Virus record (IMG/VR): IMGVR_UViG_2882674194_000007
Coordinates: 1 to 64,000 of that record
Strand: one strand, 5' to 3'
DNA from: a virus
Taxonomy: Duplodnaviria; Caudoviricetes
DNA: 64,000 nt
This document shows, one piece after another, positions 38,789-47,683 of the stretch. The number at the start of each line of letters is the position of its first letter. Position 1 is the first letter of the stretch. The position numbers and the translations under genes were made by a program. Below the pieces are notes generated by a model. It searched no databases. It was given only the letters and a program-made list of their open reading frames with translations, and was not told the origin of the DNA.

Positions 38789-39197
38789 TTCTTAGTGCTT
38801 TTGTTGATATTTCATTTCTAATCCAATTCCAGATATTCATTAGTAAATCATCAAAACATGCATCCATAGACGGATTGGTTATATATTTAACTTGTTTTTT
38901 ACCAAACCAGTAATCGAAGATGTTTGTAAACCATAATATTACTAAGAAACATTCATCATCATATGATGATCCTTCAAGTGTAACAACTTTACCAGAAGAC
39001 TCTTCTGGATATTTCATATCAATTTCAGAATTTCTAATTTTCATCATATTTAACACGTTGTTAACATCTCTATCGCTATTGACATTCCATAATGTATATC
39101 CGTGTGGAATAGGTGGTAATCCTCTAACAATACCACTAATAGACCGCATTTCTGTATTTAACAAATAGTTTCCAAATATTCCATACATACTAAACAT
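38745..39197 (-). CDS. Hypothetical protein
   Basis: AAGGAG RBS. Confidence 0.65.
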   Translation of the reverse strand: MFSMYGIFGNYLLNTEMRSISGIVRGLPPIPHGYTLWNVNSDRDVNNVLNMMKIRNSEIDMKYPEESSGKVVTLEGSSYDDECFLVILWFTNIFDYWFGKKQVKYITNPSMDACFDDLLMNIWNWIRNEISTKALRNVAKDFYNEAIKYV

Positions 39198-39232
39198 ATT
39201 ATCATCTCCTTCTCTCCAATGAAATTTCTATT

Positions 39233-39352
39233 CTATCTAATTCGACAATTCCAATCGTTCTTATCAATAAACCACTCGCTATTCCACCAACATATATAAA
39301 TACATTGTGGTAGATTATGTATTATTGGAATAATCCATTTTGGTTTCATCAT
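39233..39352 (-). CDS. Small Trp-rich hypothetical peptide (39 aa)
   Basis: GGGAG RBS; fills gap in operon. Confidence 0.45.
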   Translation of the reverse strand: MMKPKWIIPIIHNLPQCIYICWWNSEWFIDKNDWNCRIR

Positions 39353-39356
39353 GACT

Positions 39357-39557
39357 TTATTCTCCCATAGTCTTAATATCAAATCCTAGCCACTCCAATA
39401 AATCCCTCATACCATGAAAACATTCATAGTGACGATACTCACCGTCCAAGTTTTTAATATATTCTTCTCCATCGTAAATTCCATCACCACAAGAAGCGCA
39501 GTAGTGTAATGTTTTTCTAGGTGTGTAATTTGGGCACATGGAATGACAAGGATTCAT
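39357..39557 (-). CDS. Small Cys-rich (zinc-binding) protein
   Basis: CASCG...HYEC; start may lie a few codons upstream. Confidence 0.65.
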   Translation of the reverse strand: MNPCHSMCPNYTPRKTLHYCASCGDGIYDGEEYIKNLDGEYRHYECFHGMRDLLEWLGFDIKTMGE

Positions 39558-39574
39558 TTTACATATCTCACAGA

Positions 39575-40009
39575 TTAAGCAACACCTCCAACACCATATT
39601 TCTCTATTCGTTCATGTACATATCCGTCATTGGTTGTATAGTAAATATCTTTAATTCCTAAATCTTTTATAGCTGCCATGCAAGAAGGACATGGACGAGA
39701 TAGTCCAAACGGTTGATCCTTGCGAATCCTATATATGTATAACTTGACTTTTGAAAAGTTAATATTCAAATGTCTGATAGAATTTATACAGTTAATTTCT
39801 GCGTGTAACTTTGGTAACATATTTTCCGATGGCTTTCGATACTTATTATATTTTTTCTGTATTGGATGAGTCTTATTACAGTTGCAACCGATGCCAATGA
39901 TATTGCCTTGATAAACGGCCACACATCCAATGTGGGTTTTATAATAATCAGATATACTGGCAGTTTGTCTTGCCTTGTCAAAATATCTATAATCACTTTT
40001 GGTCAACAT
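39575..40009 (-). CDS. Zn-dependent nucleoside/nucleotide deaminase (CDA/dCMP/TadA-like fold)
   Basis: HAE and PCPSC motifs. Confidence 0.85.
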   Translation of the reverse strand: MLTKSDYRYFDKARQTASISDYYKTHIGCVAVYQGNIIGIGCNCNKTHPIQKKYNKYRKPSENMLPKLHAEINCINSIRHLNINFSKVKLYIYRIRKDQPFGLSRPCPSCMAAIKDLGIKDIYYTTNDGYVHERIEKYGVGGVA

Positions 40010-40411
40010 TTATCCTGCCAGTCTTTCCTGTTCAAATAACTCATTACCACGTTCAAAACACGCAAGTTCATATTCGTATCTTTCTACAAAGTAATCAAAA
40101 TATTTTTTGCCGTTTCCCTTATTAGTGACAGTGGCACAATGATGTACAATTCGGCAGATATTCTCTGTAATGGACTCTCTAGTTCCTGATATGTATTGTG
40201 TATCAACCTTCTTAGAAGATAACTTCATCCGATCCTCCAAATCGGTACGATTTAACCACATAGAAAGAGCATATTTATCTTCATGTTTATCAAAGTGATA
40301 CGCACATTCAACAATATAGTTCTCATATCCAAAATTAGATAATTCAATCGTAATTGTGTTGCCTTTAAATTGGGGTTGCATCAGTTCTTTTAAGCTTCTC
40401 TTCATTAACAT
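40010..40411 (-). CDS. Hypothetical protein
   Basis: GGAGG RBS before MLMKRS. Confidence 0.7.
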   Translation of the reverse strand: MLMKRSLKELMQPQFKGNTITIELSNFGYENYIVECAYHFDKHEDKYALSMWLNRTDLEDRMKLSSKKVDTQYISGTRESITENICRIVHHCATVTNKGNGKKYFDYFVERYEYELACFERGNELFEQERLAG

Positions 40412-40548
40412 TTTTAAACATCCTCCATATTTTAAGTTGTACATTAGATTTTTAGTATAAAATTTCACAGTCGATAACTTTATCAACAAGTGTGTTAGAA
40501 TTTTCTACGCTAATGTACACCATTTGATTCCTGACAAATAACGGTATC

Positions 40549-40908
40549 TCAGTTGTGTTTACTTGCCTGATATTTTCTCATACGTTCACCAGCAGCAATT
40601 TTCTGTTCTTCAGATAGTTCTCTTTTCTTTGCTCTGAAACTGATCAGAGTCTTATCTTCAACACGATACGTTTTCCCTCTACCAGTATCAGCGATGAGAG
40701 AGTACATATCTGGACTTGTTTTACATAATTTATCTAATTTAGTCATATATGTAGTATCTGAGGTATAGATTGTGGCATAATCTTCATCTCTCATAAAATT
40801 GATACATACTTCTTGCTCTGAAACGGATACTGAATTTGATAGTTTTGGTTCTTCAATAGTTATTTCTTCATTTTCATCAATGTTTATGTATCCAGATTTA
40901 CTTGCCAT
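40549..40908 (-). CDS. Hypothetical protein
   Basis: EQEVCINF...ELSEEQK..AGERM, a common phage pattern. Confidence 0.7.
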   Translation of the reverse strand: MASKSGYINIDENEEITIEEPKLSNSVSVSEQEVCINFMRDEDYATIYTSDTTYMTKLDKLCKTSPDMYSLIADTGRGKTYRVEDKTLISFRAKKRELSEEQKIAAGERMRKYQASKHN

Positions 40909-41116
40909 AATTTTTATTCCTTTCAATACCTTCTCGATTTTTCTTCCAAAGTTTTTCTTCTCTTTGCTTATCTGCTTCTATACGACTTGCTATCTGAGAT
41001 CCGTTTGTATTATCTTTCCCTCGATAATCTGTATTGAAATCTGATGGAAAAATTAATCCTCCGAATTTTGTGTGATCTACTTCATAAATTCCATATCTGT
41101 TAGTTTTGTGTGTCAT
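40898..41116 (-). CDS. Hypothetical protein
   Basis: AAGGAG RBS. Confidence 0.6.
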   Translation of the reverse strand: MTHKTNRYGIYEVDHTKFGGLIFPSDFNTDYRGKDNTNGSQIASRIEADKQREEKLWKKNREGIERNKNYGK

Positions 41117-41274
41117 TAGTTACTGTAAATTCTCCTTTTCTGTTTGATAAAATTTTGGTTGTTAATGTTGTCTTCTTTGTCGTCATGGTTTTCGATTCTC
41201 CTTTTTTGGTGGTATGATAGTGGTGATGATGGATATTGATTCATGTTTACAATACTTATTTCTGTGTTTTGGAA

Positions 41275-42129
41275 TTAATTTTGATAGAATTTTTTACTTA
41301 CATAATTCTGATTTCTCAAAAATAAAATCCCATATTCTAATTCCTTCTCATAGTTATATTCTTCTTTTGTACATTGAACTATTTGATTATTTCTCCATAT
41401 ATACCGATAAGGACAGATATAAATAATATCATCAGTGTGCCAATTATCATTGGAATCTTTATATCTTGGCATCCTATGGGTTTTTATTAAACCAAGTTGT
41501 TCTAATACTTCTGTTGCTTTTGCAATCATTTTTCTATCACTACCTATAAAAGCAGCTATAGACTGAAACTGTGAATAAAATATTTCTGGTTTATTCTTCT
41601 TAGATTTTTCAGAATGTCCAGATGATTCATTCGTTCTGATCCAAGTAAATGCCTTTATATAAGATAACAGAAGATATAGTATACTTTTATTTAATGGTTT
41701 GTATGGTGACTGATACTTATTGATTGTTTCTACTTCAAAGTCATATAAAATACCAAAATTGTTTTTTGGATTCATTTTTTCCATATTAATCAATGATGAC
41801 TGAAAGGTATTCTGTATATATTTCTCTTTATCAAAGTCAATGATGTATCCATTTTCAAAGAACCAATCCATGCAATCTCTAAACTTGGTAAAAATATTTT
41901 TTTCAGTACCCCTATGCCAGTTTGGTTTATACTTACACCACTGAATCATATAAATAGGAGAGTAGTGAACAACGTTTTCCCATGTTTGGTTATAATTTAA
42001 ATAGAGCAAAGCCGATAATCTGTGTTCTGGTAAAGTATTTGCCAAAATTACTTCTTTTGGAATCTTTACAAAACGATTTACTGTATCTGGTAATTCTAAT
42101 GTAGCTGTTGGTGATTTATTATTCTCTAT
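41275..42129 (-). CDS. wHTH DNA-binding protein (possible replication initiator), probable AUA start
   Basis: AAAGGAGG then ATA, frame open 28 codons before the TTG at 42045; IAAFIG.DRK.I.KA..VLEQLGLI. Confidence 0.65.
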   Translation of the reverse strand: MENNKSPTATLELPDTVNRFVKIPKEVILANTLPEHRLSALLYLNYNQTWENVVHYSPIYMIQWCKYKPNWHRGTEKNIFTKFRDCMDWFFENGYIIDFDKEKYIQNTFQSSLINMEKMNPKNNFGILYDFEVETINKYQSPYKPLNKSILYLLLSYIKAFTWIRTNESSGHSEKSKKNKPEIFYSQFQSIAAFIGSDRKMIAKATEVLEQLGLIKTHRMPRYKDSNDNWHTDDIIYICPYRYIWRNNQIVQCTKEEYNYEKELEYGILFLRNQNYVSKKFYQN

Positions 42130-42148
42130 GTAAAAAACGCCTCCTTTC

Positions 42149-43000
42149 TTATACCCACTTAGTTTTTCTGTTTTTTACACGATCATACTCTGTTTGTAAT
42201 ATTTGTTTTCTCTCTTCGTATGAGTAAATTTCCTGAGAAATAATTAACTGTGCATCATATCGTTCTAATCTTTCTACATCATCTAATTGATCTTCAGAAA
42301 AATAATTTCGTATCTGTTCATTAGAAGATATATTATGTTCTTTGCGATACTGTGTTGCAGACATTCCAAGTATTACAGTATTTAGTAATGAAAACTCAAT
42401 AGAGTATAAATTGCCATTAGTAATCCATTCAGGAACACCATTAAGTAATTCTTCTCTTTTTGTGATTAAAGCACCACGCAATTCTTTGCAATTAATTAAG
42501 GTGTTTTTGCGGTTTGTATTCCAGTTTGTACGATTTTTAAATGCTTTTTCTATAGCGATAAAATATTTTCTCACTAACTTGGACATTTTCTTTAGCTCTT
42601 CGGATGTACGTCCACCTTTAGAACCGGCAAGCATTGCAATTTCCTTTGCATCGCTGAGCTTTAACTGATAATCAACTAATCCACTCCCCTTTAAAGGTGA
42701 ATCAATAAAATAATCTATGTTTTTAACTAGTTCCAAATCTTCAATTTGTTGTTTGATCCAAGTTGAAAAATCTCGACTAACTTTTAATTGATTATGTAGT
42801 TCTTTTGCGCTAATTGTATTATTTTCATTTTCTTGTAAAATAGGCAAAAGTGACTGATATTCAAGGATTGTGGCTATTTCATTATCAGATAGTCCATATT
42901 GTTTTAATTCTTCTTCAGTAAATTGACCATCTTTGAATGACTCGCTTTCATATACTTTTTCTTTTCTTGGTTTTGTGGTATTTTTGTTTGTAATTCTCAT
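42149..43000 (-). CDS. AntA/AntB-family antirepressor
   Basis: ISAKELH.QL.V.RDFSTWIK, AKEIAM, VRKYFI.IEK. Confidence 0.85.
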   Translation of the reverse strand: MRITNKNTTKPRKEKVYESESFKDGQFTEEELKQYGLSDNEIATILEYQSLLPILQENENNTISAKELHNQLKVSRDFSTWIKQQIEDLELVKNIDYFIDSPLKGSGLVDYQLKLSDAKEIAMLAGSKGGRTSEELKKMSKLVRKYFIAIEKAFKNRTNWNTNRKNTLINCKELRGALITKREELLNGVPEWITNGNLYSIEFSLLNTVILGMSATQYRKEHNISSNEQIRNYFSEDQLDDVERLERYDAQLIISQEIYSYEERKQILQTEYDRVKNRKTKWV

Positions 43001-43034
43001 GATTTTATTCCTTTCTTTTATCTTAATTTTTAAT

Positions 43035-43193
43035 GTATATCACATCAGAGTGTGACATACTTGAAGAAAAAATGACAAAGTATATCACACCACAGTGTGC
43101 AGAATCAGCCGTCTTTTTATAAATAAAGACTAATTATATAAATAAAGACTACTATCGTAATGAATTATTCGCATACGCTTCATAATTCATTAC
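43035..43193. repeat. Direct and inverted repeats (iteron/operator-like)
   Basis: GTATATCACAyCAsAGTGTG x2 (43035, 43080); TATAAATAAAGACTA x2 (43118, 43137); 12-bp IR 43157-43193. Confidence 0.7.
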
Positions 43194-44428
43194 TCTCTTA
43201 AAAACTTTTTGATTGTTGATGGTTGGTGATGTTTGGTAGTTACAGGTGGTATAAATTACAAGTTGTAAGATAGAGTAGCAGTGTCTATTTACATATTCTC
43301 TTTCTTTGGATATAAAATTCCTTGTATGTATTAGATCTACAATAGAAAATGCCTTGGATAAAATTAATCAAAGTATTCAAGGACTTCAGCAAAAATAGCT
43401 GTTAAGTCCTTTTTAATTTCTGCTTTGTTAGCTTTAAAGGCATCTATATCTATGGTTAAAATGTAAATTTTTGAGGTATTATTTTAGGGTTTGTCATAGT
43501 TCATGTCTCCTTTATGTAAAATTTTGTATTTACTATTTGTTATTTCTACATTCTGATTTTGATAATGTTATAAATTTTAAATCTGTATTTTGAGCCAATA
43601 GGAGAGTATATGGACAGTAAATAATAAAATATGTAAAATATACCCCCTATGTATATATGGATTAGATTTTTGATTGATATGTTGGATATTTAATATTTCT
43701 CTATTTGAAATGATAATTACGATGAAATATATGGTGTATATTTTATGAGTTCGGTGATGAAGTAATTCTGATATAGCAATGGAATGTAAAAGTACTGATT
43801 TTACTGGATATTTTAAGATTCTTGTGAATGATTTTTAAATGTGATTTTATATATGATTTCTTTTCTTGAGTGCAATTTTAGAGTTAATTCGGGATAATGC
43901 TTATTTTTCAAGGGGTTTAGAAGTTTTTTTGGTTGTATTTTTGTGGTTTGGTAATAGATTTGAATTGTCAGAAAATTTATATTGTATTGATTTATAAGGA
44001 TTTTTGAGAAATGACACCGAATAGGATTCCGAATTGTTTTTACGAATTGTTTGTGTTTCGGACACAATTTTTAAAGGTGATGTGTGAATAGAACAGATAG
44101 GGGCTTTCTGGTAATTACTGATCAATTTCAAAATGTAAACATACCCCTGTATAGTGTTATTGCATATTTTAAGTTACACTTTGCCCATTTTTGCAACCGA
44201 ATGAAAATATATATTCTGTCAAGTAAAAATACTTTACAATGATATTATCCGGCATTTGTCAAGTAATTTTGCTTGACATGTTCGATGTATAAAGCAAAAT
44301 ATATCAAAATGCTATTTTTATATACCATAATACTACATCTATATTATCCAGCAACATCATAATATCACAACTCAAAATATATCATAATGCTATCTAATAT
44401 ACCAAAATGCCACATAACCATCCTTCTA

Positions 44429-44635
44429 TCAATCCTCTTTCCCCTGAATATATCCATCTCTTTCCAACTTTTCCACAATAGCGGTAGTAGTCCATCTATT
44501 CCGGTTCATTCCACTATCAGCCATAGCTTTTTCAACTTCCCGATATATCTCAATAGGGTATTTTACACTGTATTGTTTCATGTTCTCAGCGTCATATTTT
44601 GCTTGATATTCGCTCTGTTTTTTTCTATCTGACAT
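44429..44635 (-). CDS. Small ribbon-helix-helix-like regulator
   Basis: KQYSVKYP..IY..V..A....GMNRN.W...AI.EKL. Confidence 0.7.
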   Translation of the reverse strand: MSDRKKQSEYQAKYDAENMKQYSVKYPIEIYREVEKAMADSGMNRNRWTTTAIVEKLERDGYIQGKED

Positions 44636-44671
44636 TTTATACCATCCTTTTTAAAAACCATCTTAAATTGC

Positions 44672-44812
44672 ATTTTAACACGTATTACCTAAGTTGTCAA
44701 TCAATTAGCAAACTGCACAAAAATAACTAGGTAATACCTAAAATAATTATGTATTATTTTGCTATAAAAAACTAGGTATTACGTTGACAATCTAGGTATT
44801 ACGTGTTATAAT
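44672..44812. promoter_or_regulatory. Divergent promoters with four TAGGTAWTAC operators
   Basis: TTGACA-17-TATAAT (44784-44812), leftward TTGACA (44700-44695); operators at about 44682, 44728, 44773, 44793. Confidence 0.75.
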
Positions 44813-44908
44813 CTATACATAAGTTAAAGATAAAGTGTCACACCAAAACAAAGAAGTATATAGCAACAACTACACACAAACAACCACAATGAAAGACAGG
44901 TACACAAT

Positions 44909-45133
44909 ATGAGAATACATTTAAACAATGCAACAGTTAGAGTATCAGGTTTTGAAAACAAAGAAACATTTAATCACACATATCACAATGTTACTTGTAT
45001 TGAAGAAGTAACAGCAAAAGAGATTGAAAAAGAATGTGGCGAAAAAATAGGTGCTTGCATTAGATTACATTTTGAAGATGGTAAAACAGCTACGTTTTCT
45101 AAAAAGTCAAAATTAGATTATGAAGTATTATAA
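44909..45133 (+). CDS. Hypothetical early protein
   Basis: First ORF after the strong promoter. Confidence 0.7.
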   Translation: MRIHLNNATVRVSGFENKETFNHTYHNVTCIEEVTAKEIEKECGEKIGACIRLHFEDGKTATFSKKSKLDYEVL

Positions 45134-45192
45134 ATCCCCTGATGAGCAACGGTGAGAGCCGGCGAAACTACCCAAACAAGGGTAGTCGGGAT
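45134..45192 (+). ncRNA. Hammerhead ribozyme, type I
   Basis: Stem I ATCCC/GGGAT, CUGAUGA 45139-45145, stem II with GAGA loop, GAAA, stem III CTACCC/GGGTAG, GUC cleavage triplet 45185-45187. Confidence 0.92.
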
Positions 45193-45314
45193 ATCAACAC
45201 AACCCAAATAAGCACCACAAAGCACTTTGATAATTGAATAGACTTTGCATCTAAGTTGTGATATACTAACAGTATCAGCCATACATACAATCACAACAAA
45301 AAGGCGGTGATCAT

Positions 45315-45545
45315 ATGACAGATAGTGAAAAACTTGATCTGATTCTTGAAAAAGTAATAACACTTGACAGGAAAGTGACAGACATTGAAAAAGATATGAT
45401 TGATGTTAAGGCCGATTTAAAACAAACTGAACGTGTCTTAAAAAATGAGATACGGAAAGAATGCGGATTAGTGCTCGATGAGATTGAAAGAGTACACGAT
45501 ATCTTAGATAAGCACAAAGAAGATAAAGCAGCACATACAGCATAA
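45315..45545 (+). CDS. Coiled-coil hypothetical protein
   Basis: AGGCGGTGA RBS, own promoter, terminator 45574-45614. Confidence 0.7.
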   Translation: MTDSEKLDLILEKVITLDRKVTDIEKDMIDVKADLKQTERVLKNEIRKECGLVLDEIERVHDILDKHKEDKAAHTA

Positions 45546-45623
45546 GCAACAACATACATATATCACATACCACGGTGTAAAGTCTATTGAATTATTAAGG
45601 CTTTACACCTTTTTAATTTTGTT

Positions 45624-45875
45624 CTAAGGTCTTGTATATGAAGGGCAATTTTGTCCTTTGCAAAGGGCTCCATTGTTTAAAGAAAAAGGACTTTTACAAG
45701 TGCCTACATTATTACAATATTTACATTTTTTATATTTTCTTGATTTGTTATATTCGTAAATATAACCTTTACTATGTATTATATTTGAACCATCGTTATG
45801 GTTAATATCATGGTTCAATCTAGTGTTATAATCTTTTATAATATTTTCAGCCGATTTATTTTTCTTTTTGCTCAT
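45624..45875 (-). CDS. Basic Cys-rich hypothetical protein
   Basis: C-terminal Cys cluster. Confidence 0.5.
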   Translation of the reverse strand: MSKKKNKSAENIIKDYNTRLNHDINHNDGSNIIHSKGYIYEYNKSRKYKKCKYCNNVGTCKSPFSLNNGALCKGQNCPSYTRP

Positions 45876-45951
45876 AAATATCACAACCTTTTACTTTTTA
45901 TTGTAGAATAAATGTGATAGAATATCAATAGTAAAGGAAGGTGAATATTTA

Positions 45952-46152
45952 ATGATTGCTTATTATAAGTTATTAGATATGCTTAATAAAAGAGATATGA
46001 CAAAAGAGCAATTAAGATTAAAAGCTGGACTTGCTTCTGGCACAATGACAAAAATTTCAAAAGGTGAACCTGTAAATTTAAAAACGATTGATCTTATTTG
46101 TAAAGCATTACAAGTACAACCTGGAGATATTCTTGAATATATAGAAAAATAA
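45952..46152 (+). CDS. Cro/C1-type HTH regulator
   Basis: Y.KL..ML...MTKEQLR...TIDLICKAL.VQPGDILEY. Confidence 0.9.
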   Translation: MIAYYKLLDMLNKRDMTKEQLRLKAGLASGTMTKISKGEPVNLKTIDLICKALQVQPGDILEYIEK

Positions 46153-46188
46153 AATCTCACGAAAATAGAAAAAATCTCTAATAAAGTG

Positions 46189-46217
46189 TTGACAAGTAAA
46201 ACGCAATATGCTATTAT
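46189..46217 (+). promoter_or_regulatory. Sigma-A-type promoter
   Basis: TTGACA-17-TATTAT with upstream TG. Confidence 0.7.
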
Positions 46218-46224
46218 ATACTTG

Positions 46225-47015
46225 TAAGGAACACAAGGGAATATAAATCGGTATCACGGCAGTGTCAATAAGACCTGATACATTCTCAACATGGCAGCGT
46301 CAATAAGTCCAGGAGCGATAAAAAGAAAAATCCCAGTTCCAAACGAAACCGGGAAATTTCAAGTAAGTGTGTAAAACTCTTACCCTAAGCAAGTAGAGTA
46401 TAACACAATTCTTGATAATCTGTCAATCGGCAGAAATTTCCCAAAACAAAGTAACTATTAACGTCCTGTCAAGTGGAGTGCTAACAGGATCGTAACTAAG
46501 GCAAAGCAACAAGAGATTGCAAACGAGGTTAGAGAAAAGATAATTGATTCATTAAATTTCCGCAACCTAACGGGAAAACGTGACAGATAGCAGCGTAAAA
46601 ATGTTATCCGTGTTGACTGGACACGCTGACTACATCGGAGACGTGATAGTTCATATCATATCAGACGTAGCAGGGAATACCATCCCAAACCAGAAAATCT
46701 ATGAATATGTGTGAATGCGAGTAGGCAGAAACAAGAGTTTTGCGGTGACTGATTCTGAAACCGTGACCTGTGGGGTGTGGTAGCCGTAACGGGAACGAGA
46801 GACAATCTACTATAATATAGATGGCTCTTTTGATGATAATTTATCGCTGTAGAGGATGGACGGGGAGAAAACACAAAACGATAGACTATATAAAATGGTA
46901 GTTGTAAACCGTGGTTATGGAAGGCTGAGAAATACGTCTTCCAACCGCTAATAAGCGGTATATAAATATACATAAGAACCTTTAGAGAGTGTCAAGAACC
47001 TTTGGCACTCTCTTT
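46225..47015 (+). ncRNA. Putative large structured RNA or leader (~790 nt)
   Basis: Promoter, no + ORF, GC-richer with many hairpins, terminator AGAGAGTGTCAA...TTGGCACTCTCTTTT. Confidence 0.55.
46320..46390 (-). ncRNA. Putative short antisense RNA
   Basis: TTGACA (46426-46421)/TGnTATACT (46402-46397), terminator TCCCGGTT...AACTGGGA plus U tract. Confidence 0.55.
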
Positions 47016-47024
47016 TATATTAAA

Positions 47025-47652
47025 AGCGGTCAACTGCTTTTCAAAAGAAATGTGATGTTCAAGCGAGAAGGAAAAGAGAAATAAGTATTACATCCTGTAA
47101 GGGCTGCCCATGTGGTCATAAGTGCATATATCAGGCACAAGGAAAAGTGATAACCCGTGACACAAGCTTTTTTACATTTGAAAGATTGCACGTATAAAGA
47201 AGGAAGTAAAAATGTAGCGCAAGATAAGGGCGTTAAACTTTCAATCGCTCAAGATCGGCAATGCGATTAATAAATTGTGCCGGCATTGTGTGAAAGCAGG
47301 TATCACACTTACAATGATTACCGCCACAAAGATTTGAGTGTAATAAAATCTGAAAAGTCAGTAAAAGGCGTGGGACTACTGGAGAAGATAATAAACACGA
47401 CAGGCGAACCCCTGAAAAGGAAGAAGGTTATACTATAACTGTAAACTTAAAAAGCTGCTGTCTGGATGCCTGACATATACGGCATATTACATAATTTTAT
47501 TATTTATCATGCCCATAAAAACAGAATCAAACGTGAGGCGGTGCGGAAAGCTGGTGAACCACTCAATACAATGAGGACATAGCCATAAAGCCGGATGCAT
47601 TTAGCCATATCCTTTGAAAAGTCTCTTTTGTGGGCATGGATAAGTAATAAAA
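47025..47652 (+). ncRNA. Second putative large structured RNA region
   Basis: ORF-free, multiple hairpins, ~27-bp stem 47496-47521/47626-47652. Confidence 0.45.
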
Positions 47653-47683
47653 GATATGATAATATAGATGTGGAGGAAAAAAT

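Noticed and set aside
43365-43504. Small - strand ORF after an AAGGAG RBS
   Set aside because: Interrupted by TAA at codon 7; at most a remnant, too weak to call
46656-46973. 105-aa - strand ORF (also 47563-47745 and 2515-2718)
   Set aside because: No RBS and atypical composition; they overlap structured non-coding regions
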